NCBI GenBank assembly: GCA_038240805.1
Contig: JBBRGK010000022.1
Span: forward strand, 1-15,038
Origin: Dehalococcoidia bacterium
GTDB lineage: Bacteria; Chloroflexota; Dehalococcoidia; CAUJGQ01
Length of the DNA: 15,038 bases
Direction: 5' to 3'
Each line of letters opens with the position of its first letter. The first letter of the stretch is position 1. This document shows positions 14,753 through 15,038 of this stretch, one piece after another. Made by a program: the position numbers and the translations under genes. The notes beneath the pieces are model-generated. The model was not told the origin of the DNA. It did not search any database and saw nothing but the letters and a program-made list of their open reading frames with translations.

Positions 14753-14983
14753 ATGCAGTATAGGAAGACTTCTTCTGAACATACTTACGAGTTGCTCATC
14801 TGCCGAGACTGTGCAGGAACCGGATGCACAGTATGCAACAGCCGCGGTTGGTTTCAGGGGCGGAATGTCTCATGCACTCTCTGCGCGCTAGTACGGTATC
14901 CCGAGCCCGGGTGTTCCAGTTGTCGAGGCACCGGTATTGACCAACATCTGGCTCCGGGAGTAACTACAGCACCCAACCTCTAG
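14753..14983 (+). CDS. Small Cys-rich zinc-ribbon-like protein (4x CxxC, two as DnaJ-type CxxCxGxG), 76 aa
   Basis: GGAG lies 8 nt before ATG 14753. The protein is MQYRKTSSEHTYELLICRDCAGTGCTVCNSRGWFQGRNVSCTLCALVRYPEPGCSSCRGTGIDQ... with CRDCAGTG and CSSCRGTG. It lies in the low-GC tail, and its codon usage is clearly less GC3-biased than the rest of the window. Confidence 0.45.
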   Translation: MQYRKTSSEHTYELLICRDCAGTGCTVCNSRGWFQGRNVSCTLCALVRYPEPGCSSCRGTGIDQHLAPGVTTAPNL

Positions 14984-15038
14984 CTCCAAACGGTTCCTGT
15001 CGGTCGAAATCTGTAAGACAACAACTCGCTTGCGACTT

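Noticed and set aside
1-15038. Search for CRISPR arrays, tRNA/rRNA/tmRNA, and transposase/integrase genes
   Set aside because: No regularly spaced direct repeats, no tRNA-like cloverleaf with a GTTCRANYC T-loop, and no DDE/tyrosine-recombinase motifs were found by eye. The intragenic flotillin repeats encode protein and are not a CRISPR array.

Overview
This is a high-GC (about 67%) bacterial chromosomal window that is densely coding on both strands; the last 740 bp drop to about 50% GC. No rRNA, tRNA, CRISPR array or transposase is recognisable. From left to right: (1) on the minus strand, an ECF sigma factor, a zf-HC2 membrane anti-sigma factor, and the N-terminal part of an acyl-CoA dehydrogenase that runs off the window start; (2) divergently from the sigma gene, a secreted protein with a Pro/Tyr-repeat linker, followed by a clean intrinsic terminator; (3) an AT-rich patch, then a RelE/ParE toxin whose GTG start overlaps the stop codon of an upstream antitoxin-like ORF that unusually carries a predicted transmembrane helix; (4) a sulfur-trafficking trio on the plus strand: an IscA/HesB-type carrier with a Gly/Cys/His-rich tail, a tandem-rhodanese sulfurtransferase, and a SufU/NifU-like scaffold; (5) a convergent minus-strand block reading flotillin-like SPFH protein, Hanks-type Ser/Thr kinase, DinB-family protein, EamA transporter, in which the flotillin carries four to five tandem copies of an SPFH N-terminal beta-unit; (6) a 16-bp perfect palindrome in the divergent promoter region, then a second acyl-CoA dehydrogenase paralogous to the one at the window start; (7) an in-frame mini-ORF resembling the C-terminus of an XRE-HTH regulator, a GNAT acetyltransferase, and the lower-GC tail, which encodes a small 4x CxxC zinc-ribbon-like protein. 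The most unusual items are the repeat-expanded flotillin coupled to a kinase, and the toxin-antitoxin pair with a membrane-anchored antitoxin-like partner. All functional calls come from motif recognition by eye; no database searches were run.
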